A stretch of 62,776 nt of DNA, filler included, from Chiloscyllium plagiosum (lineage: Eukaryota): NCBI RefSeq assembly GCF_004010195.1. It is 4 parts of one record of this genome, joined end to end, with 100 filler letters (N's around TTAATTAATTAA, not from the genome) between each part and the next. Parts side by side here need not be neighbours in the genome. Positions count along the whole stretch, not along the records: positions 1 to 28,167 come from NC_057716.1; positions 28,268 to 47,934 come from NC_057716.1; 2 more parts are not named here. One strand, written 5' to 3'. The notes below the pieces were generated by a model. That model did no database searches and was not told the DNA's origin. It saw only the letters and a program-made list of their open reading frames with translations. Below, piece after piece: positions 26,659-38,610 of the stretch. The position numbers and the translations under genes were made by a program. Position 1 is the first letter of the stretch, and each line of letters starts with the position of its first letter.

Positions 26659-26775
26659 GGTTATATTCCAATTTATGTTAATGCAACTGCAGGAAATACA
26701 GTATATGGTGCATTTGACCCCATTGAAGAAATTGCCGATATATGTGCTAAGTATAATCTCTGGCTCCATGTTGAT
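26659..26775 (+). CDS. GAD1: GAD67 coding exon 10 ([39 protein letters not shown])
   Basis: Group II PLP-decarboxylase motifs GAFDP and WLHVD; tacAG acceptor and GTAAGT donor; 117 nt. Confidence 0.98.
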
Positions 26776-26866
26776 GTAAGTTATATTTTTCCATTTTAAC
26801 TCTATCATTCATCTATCATATTAATGGAAAAACTGTACCAGTAATCATGTTTTCACTTATTTGCAG

Positions 26867-26931
26867 GCTGCATGGGGAGGTGGACTTCTGATGTCCAGAA
26901 AGCATCGCCATAAACTGAATGGTGTTGAACG
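26867..26931 (+). CDS. GAD1: GAD67 coding exon 11 ([22 protein letters not shown]); last exon found, gene incomplete in this window
   Basis: Conserved AAWGGG motif; tgcAG acceptor and GTAAAT donor; 65 nt. Confidence 0.98.
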
Positions 26932-27449
26932 GTAAATGCTGCACTCTTTAAGAATATGTATTGGTTGACTATTGTAATACTTATGGCATCCATCTATAGT
27001 TGAACATATTCCTGGAGCGTTCACCTTGATTTCCTACCTCCAACTGCCCCATCTAGTAAAACAGCCTCTTAGCTCAACTCCAGTACTTTCATCACCAATA
27101 AATACCAGTAAATGTTTACAGAAAATGAAAAGTTCACAATTTTCTTTACTAGCCCTATTATTTTTGGACTGCATATTTACAACAATATGCAGGAGAGTAA
27201 TCATTAAATCTTTAAAACCCTAGAATAATCATGGGGAGTTAACAACCCTTGTGGAAAAAGTAAAAATAAAAATGTTTCATTTTTTTTGAAAATGGCTCTC
27301 TGCTTTCTGCCCATGTGAGAATTCTTTCAAATTTCCTTTTCTTTGTTCTCTGTTCTTTTCTGTGTTTCTCTTTATGTTTGTCATTTCTGTATCCACTTCA
27401 CATAAAACAAAGAAACCAACTAATCAACTAACTAAACATAAACATCACA

Positions 27450-28167
27450 TTTACACTTATGTGAGGAATAAGAGAATGGTCAAAGAAAGAGTAGGCCCGA
27501 TCAGGGATAGCATAGGGAATTTGTGTGTGGAGTCTGAGGAGGTAGGGGAAGCCCTAAATGAGTTTTTTGCTTCTGTCTTTACGAAAGAAATGAACTTTGT
27601 AGTGAATGAAACCTTTGAAGAGCAGGTGTGCATGCTGGAATGGATAGAGATAGAGGAAGCTGATCTGCTGAAAATTTTGTCAAACATTAAGGTTGACAAG
27701 TTGCCAGGCCCGAACCAGATTTGTCCTCGGCTGCTTTGGGAAACGAGAAATGCAATTGCTTCGCCACTTGCGAAGATCTTTGCATCCTCGCTCTCCACTG
27801 GAGTCGTACCTGAGGACTGGAGAAAGACAAATGTAATTCCTCTCTTCAAGAAAGGAAATAGGGAAATCCCCGGCAATTACAGACCAGTAAGTCTCACGTC
27901 TGTCATCTGCAAGGTGTTAGAAAGGATTCTGAGGGATAGGAATTATGACCAACTGGAAGAGCAACTGGACTGCTTGATTAAATGCAGTCAACACGGCTTT
28001 ATGAGGGGCAGGTCATGCCTCACAAACCTTATCGAGTTCTTTGAGGATGTGACTAGAAAAGTTGATGAGGGTCGAGCTGTGGATGTGGTGTATATGGACT
28101 TCAGCAAGGCATTTGATAAGATTCCCCATGGTAGGCTCATTCAGAAGGACAGGAGGAATGGGATACA
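27450..28167 (+). mobile_element. Young CR1 ORF2 (RT) fragment, truncated by a gap
   Basis: Open frame containing PGNYRPVSLTS, QHGF..GRSCLTNL and YMDFSKAFD. Confidence 0.92.
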
Positions 28168-28267
28168 NNNNNNNNNNNNNNNNNNNNNNNNNNNNNNNNN
28201 NNNNNNNNNNNTTAATTAATTAANNNNNNNNNNNNNNNNNNNNNNNNNNNNNNNNNNNNNNNNNNNN
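28168..28267. other. Artificial 100-bp scaffold join (44N-TTAATTAATTAA-44N)
   Basis: Identical construct occurs three times; the 12-mer has stops in all six frames. Confidence 0.95.
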
Positions 28268-29110
28268 CAGACTCCAGCAGGATGTGTGGCACACTGATCC
28301 AGACTCCAGCAGGATATCAGACTCACTCTGACACAGACTCCAGCAGGATGTGAGTCGCTCTGATCCAGACTCCAGCAGGATGTGAGAGTCACTCTGACCC
28401 AGACTCCAGCAAGATGTGAGAGTAACTCTGATGCAGATTCCAGCAGGATGGGGGAGTCATACTGATCCAGACTTCAGCAGGATGTGAGTGTCACTTTGAT
28501 CCAGATTCCAGGAGTATGTGGGAGTCACTCTGACTCAGACTCCAGCAGGATTTGAGTCACATTGATCCAGACTCCAGCAGGACGTGGGAGTCACCCTGAT
28601 CCAGTCACTAGCAGGATGTGGGAGTTACTCGGATCCAGACTCCAGCAGGATGTGAGTCACACTGATCCAGACTCCAGCAGGATGTGGGAGTCACTCTGAC
28701 CCAACTCCAGCAGGATGTGAGTCACACTGATCTAGACCCCAGCAGGATGTGGGAGTCACTCTGGCCATGGCTCCAACTGGATGTGAGAGTCACTCTGATC
28801 CAGATTCGAACAGGATGGGGGAGTCACTCTGATCCAGACTCCAGTAGGATGTCAGTCACTCTAATCCAGATTCCAGCAGGATGTCAGACTCACTTTGATT
28901 CAGACTCCAGCAGGATGTGGGAGTTACTCGGATCCAGACTCCAGCAGGATGTGGGAGTTACTCGGATCCAGACTCCAGCGGGATGTGGGAGTTACTCGGA
29001 TCCAGACTCCAGCAGGATGTGGGAGTCACTCTGATCCAGACCCCAGCAGGATGAGAGAGTCACCCTAATCCAGATTCCAGCAGGAAGTGTGAGTCACTCC
29101 AATCTAGACT
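28268..29110 (+). repeat. Minisatellite, 34/32-bp unit GATGT(GG)GAGTCACTCTGATCCAGACTCCAGCAG, ~25 copies
   Basis: Period of 34 measured at 28921/28955/28989; no unique spacers; left end truncated by a gap. Confidence 0.93.
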
Positions 29111-29925
29111 TCAATTTACTGGAATCCTCTTTTGAGACCAGATTGCAGGACATCTGGAGAGGAAAGTCTCCTTCATCTGAGTGACAGTAAGTATCTGTTA
29201 AGAAAAAAGTTCAGCATCTACCAATGGTCCAAGCACTATAGTGCTCCACCTGAAACACTTAATACACACCTTTGCTGTATGAAGCCTTATTTCTATTAGC
29301 GAGTTTTGAGAAGATTTGTAGCTCGAGTTTAGGTTCTGGATTTACGTTTGCTTGTGAGCTGTAAGGTTCATTTTCAGATGTTTCATCACCATACTAGGTA
29401 ACATCTTCAGTGAGCCTCCAGATGAAGCACTTTTGATGATTCCTGCTTTCTATTTATATGTTTGGGTTTCTTTGGGTTGGTGATGTCATTTCCTATGGTC
29501 GGATCCAAGTCAATGTGTTTATTGATAGAGTTCCGGTTGGCTTGCCATGCTTCTAGGAATTCTTGTGCGTGTCTCTGGTTGGCTTGTCCTAGGATGGATG
29601 TATTGTCCCAGTCAAAGTGGTGTCCTTCCTCATCTGTATGTAAGGATACTAGTGAGAGAGGGTCATATCATTTTTTGGCTAGTTGATGTTCATGTATCCT
29701 GGTGGCTAGTTTTCTGCCTGCTTGTCCAATCTAGTGTTACAGTCCTTGCACAGTATTTCGTAAATTACATTAGTTTTGCTTGTTGTCTGTATAGCGTCTT
29801 TCAAGTTCATTAACTGCAGTTTTAGTGTGTTGGTGGGTTTGTGGGCTACCATGATGCAAAGGGGTCTGAGTAGACTGGCAATCATCTCCAAGATGTATTT
29901 GATGTAGGGGAGATGGCTGGGTTTG

Positions 29926-30963
29926 GATGTACATGCATTTGGAAAGGCAAGGACTGATTAGGGATAGTCAACATGGCTTTGTGCTTGGGATATCATGTCT
30001 CACAAACTTGATTGAGTTTTTTGAAGAAGTAACAAAGAGAATTGATGAGGGCAGAGCAGTAGATGTGATCTATATGGACTTCAATAAGGCATTTGACAAG
30101 GTTCCTCATGGGAGACTGATTAGCAAGGTTAGATCTCATGGAATACAGGGAGAACTAGCCATTTGGACACAGAACTGGCTCAAAGGTAGAAGACAGAGGA
30201 TGNNNNNNNNNNNNNNNNNNNNNNNNNNNNNNNNNNNNNNNNNNNNNNNNNNNNNNNNNNNNNNNNNNNNNNNNNNNNNNNNNNNNNNNNNNNNNNNNNN
30301 NNNNNNNNNNNNNNNNNNNNNNNNNNNNNNNNNNNNNNNNNNNNNNNNNNNNNNNNNNNNNNNNNNNNNNNNNNNNNNNNNNNNNNNNNNNNNNNNNNNN
30401 NNNNNNNNNNNNNNNNNNNNNNNNNNNNNNNNNNNNNNNNNNNNNNNNNNNNNNNNNNNNNNNNNNNNNNNNNNNNNNNNNNNNNNNNNNNNNNNNNNNN
30501 NNNNNNNNNNNNNNNNNNNNNNNNNNNNNNNNNNNNNNNNNNNNNNNNNNNNNNNNNNNNNNNNNNNNNNNNNNNNNNNNNNNNNNNNNNNNNNNNNNNN
30601 NNNNNNNNNNNNNNNNNNNNNNNNNNNNNNNNNNNNNNNNNNNNNNNNNNNNNNNNNNNNNNNNNNNNNNNNNNNNNNNNNNNNNNNNNNNNNNNNNNAA
30701 GAAATAAGAGAGACATAAGGGGTAACTTTTTCACGCAGAGGGTGGTACGTGTATGGATGAGCTGCCAGAGGAAGTGGTGGAGGCTGGTACAATTGCAACA
30801 TTTAAGAGGCATTTAGACGGTTATATGAATAGGAAGGGTTTGGAGGGATTATGGGCCGGGTGCTGGCAGGTGGGACTGGATTGGGTTGGGATATCTGGTC
30901 GGCATGGACAGGTTGGACCGAAAGGTCTGTTTCCATGCTGTACATCTCTATGACTCTATGACT
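29926..30963 (+). mobile_element. CR1 fragment (RT to tail, spanning an N gap) nested in the PLE
   Basis: QHGFV, CLTNL and YMDFNKAFD motifs; (ctctatga)n tail. Confidence 0.88.
30203..30698. other. Assembly gap (~500 N)
   Basis: Run of N. Confidence 0.98.
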
Positions 30964-33900
30964 CTGTGTTTTGTCTGCTTGTTTGGGTTTATTGCTGAGA
31001 AATCTGTGGACTGTGTTCATTGGGTACCCATTCTTTTTGAAGACACAGTAAAGGTGATTTTCCTCTGTTCTTCACAGTTCCTCTGTGCTGCAGTGCATGG
31101 TGGCTTGTTGGAATAATGTTCTGATGCAGCTTTGTTTGTGGATGTTGGGGTGATTGCTTCTGTAGTTCAATATTTGGTTCGTATATGTCCATAGCAAAAC
31201 TAATGTCATTTACAAAATACCGTGCAAGAATGTAACAAACACAACATTGGACAAACAGGCAGAAAACTAGCCATCAGGATATGTGAACATCAACTAGCCG
31301 CAAAACGACATGACCCATTCTCACTAGTAACCTTACGCACAGATGAGGAAGGACACCACCTCAACTGGGACAATACATCCATCATAGGACAAGCCAAACA
31401 GAGACACGCACGAGAATTCCTAGAAGCATGGCATTCCAACCGAACTATATCAACAAACACATTGACTTGGACCCGATTTAACACGCCCTGAGAAAAAGCA
31501 CAGGAAATGATATCAGCATAGGAAATGACATCACCAACCCAAAGAAACCCAAACATATAAATAGAAAGCAGAAATAATCAGCAGTGCTTCGTCTGGAGGC
31601 TCACTGAAGATGTTACCTAGTATGGCGATGAAACATTTGAAAATGAACCTTCCAGCTCAGCGAGCAAACCTACATTCAGATCCTTATTTCTATTTCCTGC
31701 CTGTTGCCATGATGATGTGAAACACACAAGTCTGCTTCAGTGCAACAACATACCCTTTGCTACATTGTATAACAGTGTAATGTCATGTTTAACAAAAATG
31801 TCCAAATGACCCATAAAGTCACATGTTGGTGACTTACACTCACAGCCAATCCTATCTGATCACTGAGGATGAAGTGAAGCAGACTGTTCACGAGTGTCCA
31901 TCTGGGACTGAGATGCCTGTGGTGGTCAGTCCCATCTTGGAGGTGCTGGAATGGGATTGAGGAGAGGCTACTGCTATACCAGCAGCACTGAAGCTGGTCA
32001 CAGCGGGCTCTGTCACAGACAGTGACTCTACTGAAGCTTCGTCTATCTGAGGAGTCATGGAATTAGATAGTGAGTAAGTCCCATGAGGGGTGGGTGCCTC
32101 ATGAGCATTGGTCACCACACCAGATCTTTCATAGTGGCAGTAATGGCTCGAGTGAAACATCAGATGGTGAACAAGGCCACCATTCCATGTTTCTTTGCGC
32201 TTATTTGAGCCATTTCCTGTTCAATGCTACATGATGTGTTATACATTCTGTTTCTGTGTTGTTCCTACATCCAGTCCAAGTGATCCTGAATGTGGTTCTC
32301 CTTCAGACTGGCCACTCTCCCAGTGGAGGAGCTCATGTGCTCAAAACACAGAGGTTTGTGTGCAGCATGAGATGAATGGACTTCTCTATTCGTATTCATG
32401 ACTTCATAAGTAACGTATGAACATAGAATTCCAACTGCCTGCTATATTAACTCCCACATTGCGCTCCTCGGGAGACAGAACCTGTTTTGTGGCTGTCTTA
32501 GGAGTTTATCAGTCACTGAGTGGAGGTGATTGTGGGGAATTTTTGCAATGAGCTTCCCTGCATGAACCAGCAGAGAGAATCCTCTGTAGTTACCATTGCT
32601 GGCCTTTCTTGAAGATAGTTACAATTATGGCATCTCAGAAATCCACTGGCATTTCTCCTTCTTCCAGATGAGGGAGGTGAGGTCATGAATTTGTGCCAAG
32701 CATCTTTGTCTGCATATTTCAATTAGGAACCCTTCTGTATCAACAGCCTCGTTAGTTCTTAGCTGTCAGATATTTTTTCCAACCTTAGGTTGTGCTGGGG
32801 TTTTGCTGGGTGAAGCAGCAAACATGATGTGGGGTTTGGTCACGTCATGTTGTCATGTCAAGGACTGATCCTCAGCTGTTGAAATCCTTGAAGTGCTCCT
32901 TCCAATAAGCTCTAACTGCCTCTCTGTCATGAGGTGTGTCACTCTGTTCTAAGATCTCAGGAATAATGAACATAATGTGGCTGCAAAAGCCCTTTTAGCA
33001 ATGGGGATTGTGAAAGGAATCAAACAGTAACAGACAAAATGGTTCATAAATTTTTGACATATTAATCAAACTGTAAATTATTGTCTGCACTAGTGTGGGC
33101 TGTCCATGCTAAGAGTTTGTTTCAGTTATCTATGGGAGGAAACAGTTTATATTAGTTATCTATGGATTCAAAAGCTCCATCAATGATAATTGATCAGCTT
33201 CCAGTTCAGGAAGGGACTGCAATGAGTTCTACTTTTTCCAGAACATTTGATTCCACTGTATGCCGGCAGAAAGGCTTTAATTAAACCTGAAGTGTAAGAA
33301 AGAATTCAGCGAGCTTTAAGAAATAAGGTAACACAACTGGAAACCATCTTTAATCTGAGATACATGGTTTATTATAAGAAAGGGGGCCTTAAAGAATCAA
33401 GAGGCTCAGGGAATTTTATTGGTAAAGATGGATAAATAATGATTCTACAAAACGGGAATTAGACTGTTCAGGTACATTCTTCAGGCTGCTGGGATGGATT
33501 AGAAATTTGCAGATTCTGAAAGAGTTAAAAGAGGTTCTGGAAATAACAAGTAGCCAGTGTTGCTACTCAACACTGCACAGCTATGACCAAACTGCTGCAA
33601 TTGATAGTTTATCTGATGATGGACAAATGGTCAATTAATGGTCAATGTGAGACCATTTGTCCCAAAGGATAACTACCAAAAGTGGATACTAAGGCTAAGT
33701 ATTTCCAAGAAGAGGTTAGTCAATGGAGAAATGCCATTTCCAAAGTTTTGCATTTCAGCAACCCTTTGAATGTTTATCTTCTTTTAAAATTGTTCACTTT
33801 CAAGAGTTATTATGCACATGTGAGAGTGGGCATTCATTTTTTTGGCAGCTCCTATCCCATCTAACAGTTCTTCGTTAGAAAGCAAAATATCCCTTCATTT

Positions 33901-34289
33901 GCTGAAGACCTGGCGTCTATGTCCTATAATTACAGACTTTTTGCCTTTTACTTTATTTTTAAAAATCTTATAATTTTGAAATCTTTATGTTTCATTATTG
34001 TAATGAAAAGAGAGTCTCACTTTCTTGAATCTCTCATAACTAAAACCTTCCAGTCCTCTTACAATGTAATTAGTTTATACTGCAAATATTCAAAAGGCTC
34101 AGTAGCATTTGCAAAGAGAGAAAGTGGAGTTAATTTTTCAGGTTGATGATCTTTTTATCAGACCTGAAGTAAGTAAACTGAAACATTTGTGAATTATTAT
34201 AGAAAATACGTTGATTTATGTAAAGACCATCTCTTGTTACTTTTATCTATTCTTATTTGGACTGAAAAGACAAATAACCAATTTTAAGA

Positions 34290-35700
34290 CCACAAGACAC
34301 AGGAGCAAAACTAGCCAATTGGCCCAAGGAGTCTGCTCCACCATTCCAATCTCCTTTCATATTACTAGCTAGCTCTCACTTTTCTTATTGTCCTCTGCTG
34401 GTTTTTAAAGGTTTCCAAATCCTCTGTCCCCACTAATTCCACCATATTGTTTGCTTTTTCTTTTGCTTTCATGCTGTCCCTGACTTCCCTTGTTAACTAT
34501 GGTTGCCTCATTGTCCCCTTCATATGTTTATTCTTGCTTGGAATGAATTTCTGATGTGCCTCTCTAATTATCCCTAGAAACTCCTGCCGTTTCTGCTCCA
34601 CAGTCTTCCCTGCTGGGCTCCTGTTCCAATCAAATCTGGCCAGCTTCTTTCTCATGTCTTTGTAGTTTCCTTTTCTCTTTTGTAATATTGTTACATCTGA
34701 TTCAAGCTTCTCCCTCTCAAACTACAAGAATAATTTTCTTATTGGAGAGTCACTGCCCACTGGGGTCCCCTCACCTTAAGCTCTATAATCAAGACTGTCT
34801 CATTATACATCAGGGTCTAGATTAGAGTGGTGCTGGAAAAGCAAAGCAGGTCAGGCAGCATCCAAGGAGCTATTCCTGATGAAGGGCTTTCGCCCGAAAC
34901 GTCGATTTTCCTACTCCTCGGATGCTGCCTGACCTGCTGTGCTTTTCCAGCACCACTCTAATCTAGACTCTGGTTTCCATCATCTGCAGTCCTTGTTTTT
35001 ACCTCATTATACATCAGCAAATCCAGAATTACCTGTTCCCTAGTGGGCTCTACCACAAGCTTTTTTCATTTCTTACTAACAAGACAATCCTTCTCCTTCT
35101 GCCCATCTGCCTATCCTTTTACAAGGTTTGGATATTTAATTCCCAGCCCTGATTCCCTTGTCTCGGTAATATCCACCACATTGTACCTGCATTATGAGTT
35201 CATTTACCCTGTTTCATATGCTGCATGCAGTTAAGTACAACATCCTCAGTCCTGAATTGATTGCCCCCGTTCTCATAGTTGTTCCCTTACCTGCTGTGCC
35301 TGAAGTTAGATTCCTGACCTTGTCCTATTGCTTGTTCTGGAAACTTTAATATCCTCTGCTGAACCCTTCCCCTTTAACATTTTCCATAATTTTCCATGCA
35401 ACTGAACCCACACCCCCACTATTTAGGGTAAAGCCCTACCGCCAGCCTTAGTTATGTAGTTTGCCAGAGCTCTGGTCCCAGCATGATACAGGTAGAGCCC
35501 ATCGCATGGAACAGCTCCTTCCTTCCACAGTGCTAATGCCAATGTCTCATGAAATGGAACCTATGTATTCCACACTTTGAGCCATGTGTTTACCTCTTTA
35601 ATCTTGTTGATCCTGTACCAATTTGCTTGTACCTCAGGTAATGATCCAGAGATTATCATCTTTTCTAATTTAGCCACTAGTTGCTCATATTTTTCCTTTT
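34290..35700 (-). mobile_element. Degraded CR1 fragments
   Basis: Reverse-strand 3'UTR start (accacaagacacaggagca) and endonuclease/ORF1-like remnants. Confidence 0.6.
34814..35002. mobile_element. 189-bp fold-back PLE mini-element with intact hammerhead motif (34876-34903)
   Basis: 15-bp TSD CTCATTATACATCAG at 34799-34813 and 35003-35017; ~55-bp inverted arms. Confidence 0.9.
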
Positions 35701-37460
35701 TGTCTGTATTTTTCATATCGACATGGAATCAACATCAGCCAAGTAGTTAACACCCAGGTACTTTCTGATGGGTTTGAAATGTTAACTATTCTGTTATATT
35801 ACTGACTACAGAAATTGTCTCTTTAACAAAATTTCTAATATAATTGAATTTCAGGTTACATCCATTCTACAAGAAGATGACTTTCCACTCGAACTTTGAG
35901 AAGGACAATAGATCATTTGCTATCGGCAATGCAATCCTTCTGTCTCAATGGTAACCATTTATATGCCACTAGAACACTTGGTCACATAAGTCCCATAGCA
36001 CTAATCCATTTGTCTCTTTTGACCGTACTATTTTGAAAAAAACGGATGTTAAAAGAGTCAGTGTTGTTCCATAATGCATCAATTGACAATGACCAATACA
36101 CCGCAACTCCAAGCTGCAAAGGACAACCTCTGACCTTTTACTCTGCAAGCAGAAGTCCTATTTGGGTAAGTTATCCTCAGAAGACTTTTGAAGAGATTTT
36201 GAAAGAGAAGAAACTGCCTACAACTCTCCCCTTGCTGGCTAACTAATCACCAATCATTGCAAAGGAGTTGCAGACTGTAAAAACAAGATTTGAACATTTA
36301 GACACCTTCTTAGGAGCAAGAACTCTGATAAACTGCTATACCTCAGTCGAGCTTTGTATTTTGTTTGTATTAGTACAAAGCATAATTCTTGATAAAAAAA
36401 TTCACTTATGTGTACTTCTAAAGGAAGAAGTCTCGTAGCACTGTGGGTATCGTTCCTGCCTCTTAGCTAGACGATCTGAGTTTAAGCACTACTTCATGAC
36501 TTGATGTTCAAAGAAGGTGCATTCCTAATGCAGACAAGGAGTGCAGCATTAATCTACAAATCTTTCCAAAACATGACAATGGCAGCAGGGAGTAAGAATG
36601 GGAGACCATAGAAGTTCACATTGCTGCAGAACTTTGCATTATAATGTGTACTGTGGATTGCTGAAAGACTTTCCCAGTATGGAAAAATAATCTTTCATTC
36701 AACATTTGTCGAAAGGTCTTTCAGATTACACATTATTATTAGAAGTTCTCAGCGATGGCTCTGATGTATTTGGTTTAATGGTAACATGTGAATAAGGTGT
36801 GTGTGTGTGAGACAGATTCCTCAAACAGTTTGAGTTACTACAGCAACATAGCACTTTTACATCATTTTGTTATCTACAACTACAGATAGTTATGGTAGAG
36901 GATCCAACATTCATTCCATCATAAGGCTGATCAGAAATCTCTCCGATTCTTACCCACTGCTGCGATTGTCATGTTTTTTGCAAAAATTTGTAGATTAATA
37001 TTGAATTCAGTCTGCATTGGAAACCCACCTTTCTTGGTCTTTAAGTCAAGGACTTAAGCTCAGAGCTTCTGGTTCAGAGGCAGAGACGTGTCATGAGGCT
37101 TCTTCATTTAGGTAATAGTTGGTGATGATTCCAAGCCAAGCTGACAAACATGGACACATTCTACAAGTAAAAGAGTGTAAAAATAATGGACCCAAACTCA
37201 ATCGAACTCAAAAAGAAGATTGTTTTAGATCATAGTTCATTAATCTCTTGCCAGTGTGGGTCTTCTTGGTGGCCTGGAACATTTGCATCTGTGTCTTTAA
37301 GATTTTTAAAAAATGAGAAACATTAATACAGAATCAATATATAAGGGTTTTATTGACCTGAAATGTTAACTCTGTCTCCCACCACAAATATTGCCTGATT
37401 TCCTATGTACTTCCAGCATTTTTTGTTTCTATTAGAGCTGGTAAATATAGTTTTATTTAA

Positions 37461-37794
37461 TACAGAATCCCTACAGTGTGGAAACAGGCCATTCAGCCCA
37501 TCAGGTCCATGAAGAGCATCCCACTCCCCTACCATATCCCCATTACCCTGCAATTCCCATGGCCAACACACCTAGACTACACTTCCCTGGACACAATGAG
37601 TAATTTAGCATGACCAATCCCACCTAATCTGCCCATCCTTGGACAATGGAAGGAAACCGGGGCCCCCGGAGGAAAATCATGCAGATAGAAGGAGAATGTG
37701 CAAATCTCCACACAGTCACCTGAGGGTGGAATCAAACCCAGATCCCTGGAGCTGTGAGGCAGCAGTGCTAACCACTGTGCCACAATGCCACCCT
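37461..37794 (-). mobile_element. HE1-type SINE
   Basis: Reverse-complement homologue of 23196-23499. Confidence 0.85.
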
Positions 37795-38610
37795 ATTTGT
37801 TAACCAAAGCATTATCCAGAAACCCTGTTTGGAAAACAAAGGAGAACCAGAACCTTTATTTGAAAGAACAATACTTATTTAGTCCAAGAAAAGATATAGG
37901 AGTTTCAATAGAGAGTAGAAGTCTATAATAAAGATGCAATCTTAGCTTAAGCATTTGGCAACTAAGCCAGTTAAAATGGTTGGCATACTTTCATCTGTGA
38001 AAGATGACAGACAAACGTCAAAGATTATATTTCAGACCACATGTCTTCATCTGATCTACCGTTGCTGATGGCAGAAGAGGTCAATCCTTGAGAGGCAGGT
38101 CCCACTACAAACACCACCCATGAAGGTCCCACCTATTGTTGTGGCTGTTGTTTTCAGTGTTGGGACCTGCTGCAGACTGTGGCCATGATGGCCATGCATC
38201 CCAGCCCACTGGATGAGTTGCCATGATCTTTAGTCATCAGTAAGAATGAGAAATACCATCTTCTGTTTGAAAACAATATTGTGCCTTCCATACCACACCA
38301 GACCACCAGGCAAAACATCCTAATTCTAAATCTGGAAGAAGCCCAAAATTAAACTGTCAAAAAAGGTTACAATGACATCTTTGAGAGAATCCCATAAATG
38401 GAAACTAAGCTATTGTGACACTGTGCTACAGATTCTAAGAATAAACATATTGGCCAGTGTGCCAAAGGGTATTGTTAATTGCATAATGTTTTGTCATACA
38501 TAGCAAGTTTCTAAACCATCCCAGCAGGCTTTGACATGTTTAGTGGTTGCTTCTACATAGTTCACTCCATGTGCCCTACCCCAAACAAGGAAGAATAATT
38601 TTAACATGTT

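Larger units (their letters stand above)
29298..31681. mobile_element. Penelope-like element (type B, GIY-YIG) in inverted configuration, interrupted by CR1
   Basis: TSD CCTTATTTCTATT at 29285-29297 and 31682-31694. GIY-YIG-type IY.I.CK.CN...IGQTGRKL..RI.EH occurs on both strands. Confidence 0.88.

Noticed and set aside
27362..28219. 285-aa RT ORF as a host or defence reverse transcriptase
   Set aside because: Ordinary CR1 ORF2 fragment truncated by a gap.
28268..29110. CRISPR-like array
   Set aside because: Head-to-tail degenerate units with no unique spacers, no cas genes, and a vertebrate context; it is a minisatellite. The 116-aa ORF over it is a repeat artefact.
31800..33000. Possible old DNA-transposon (Harbinger-like) remnant
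   Set aside because: It looks repeat-derived, but I could not confirm any motif or terminal repeat.
35855..35950. 96-nt open, phase-compatible + strand segment (tttcAG...GTAACC) as a possible next GAD1 exon
   Set aside because: The peptide LHPFYKKMTF... has no GAD similarity and the splice signals are weak; likely chance.
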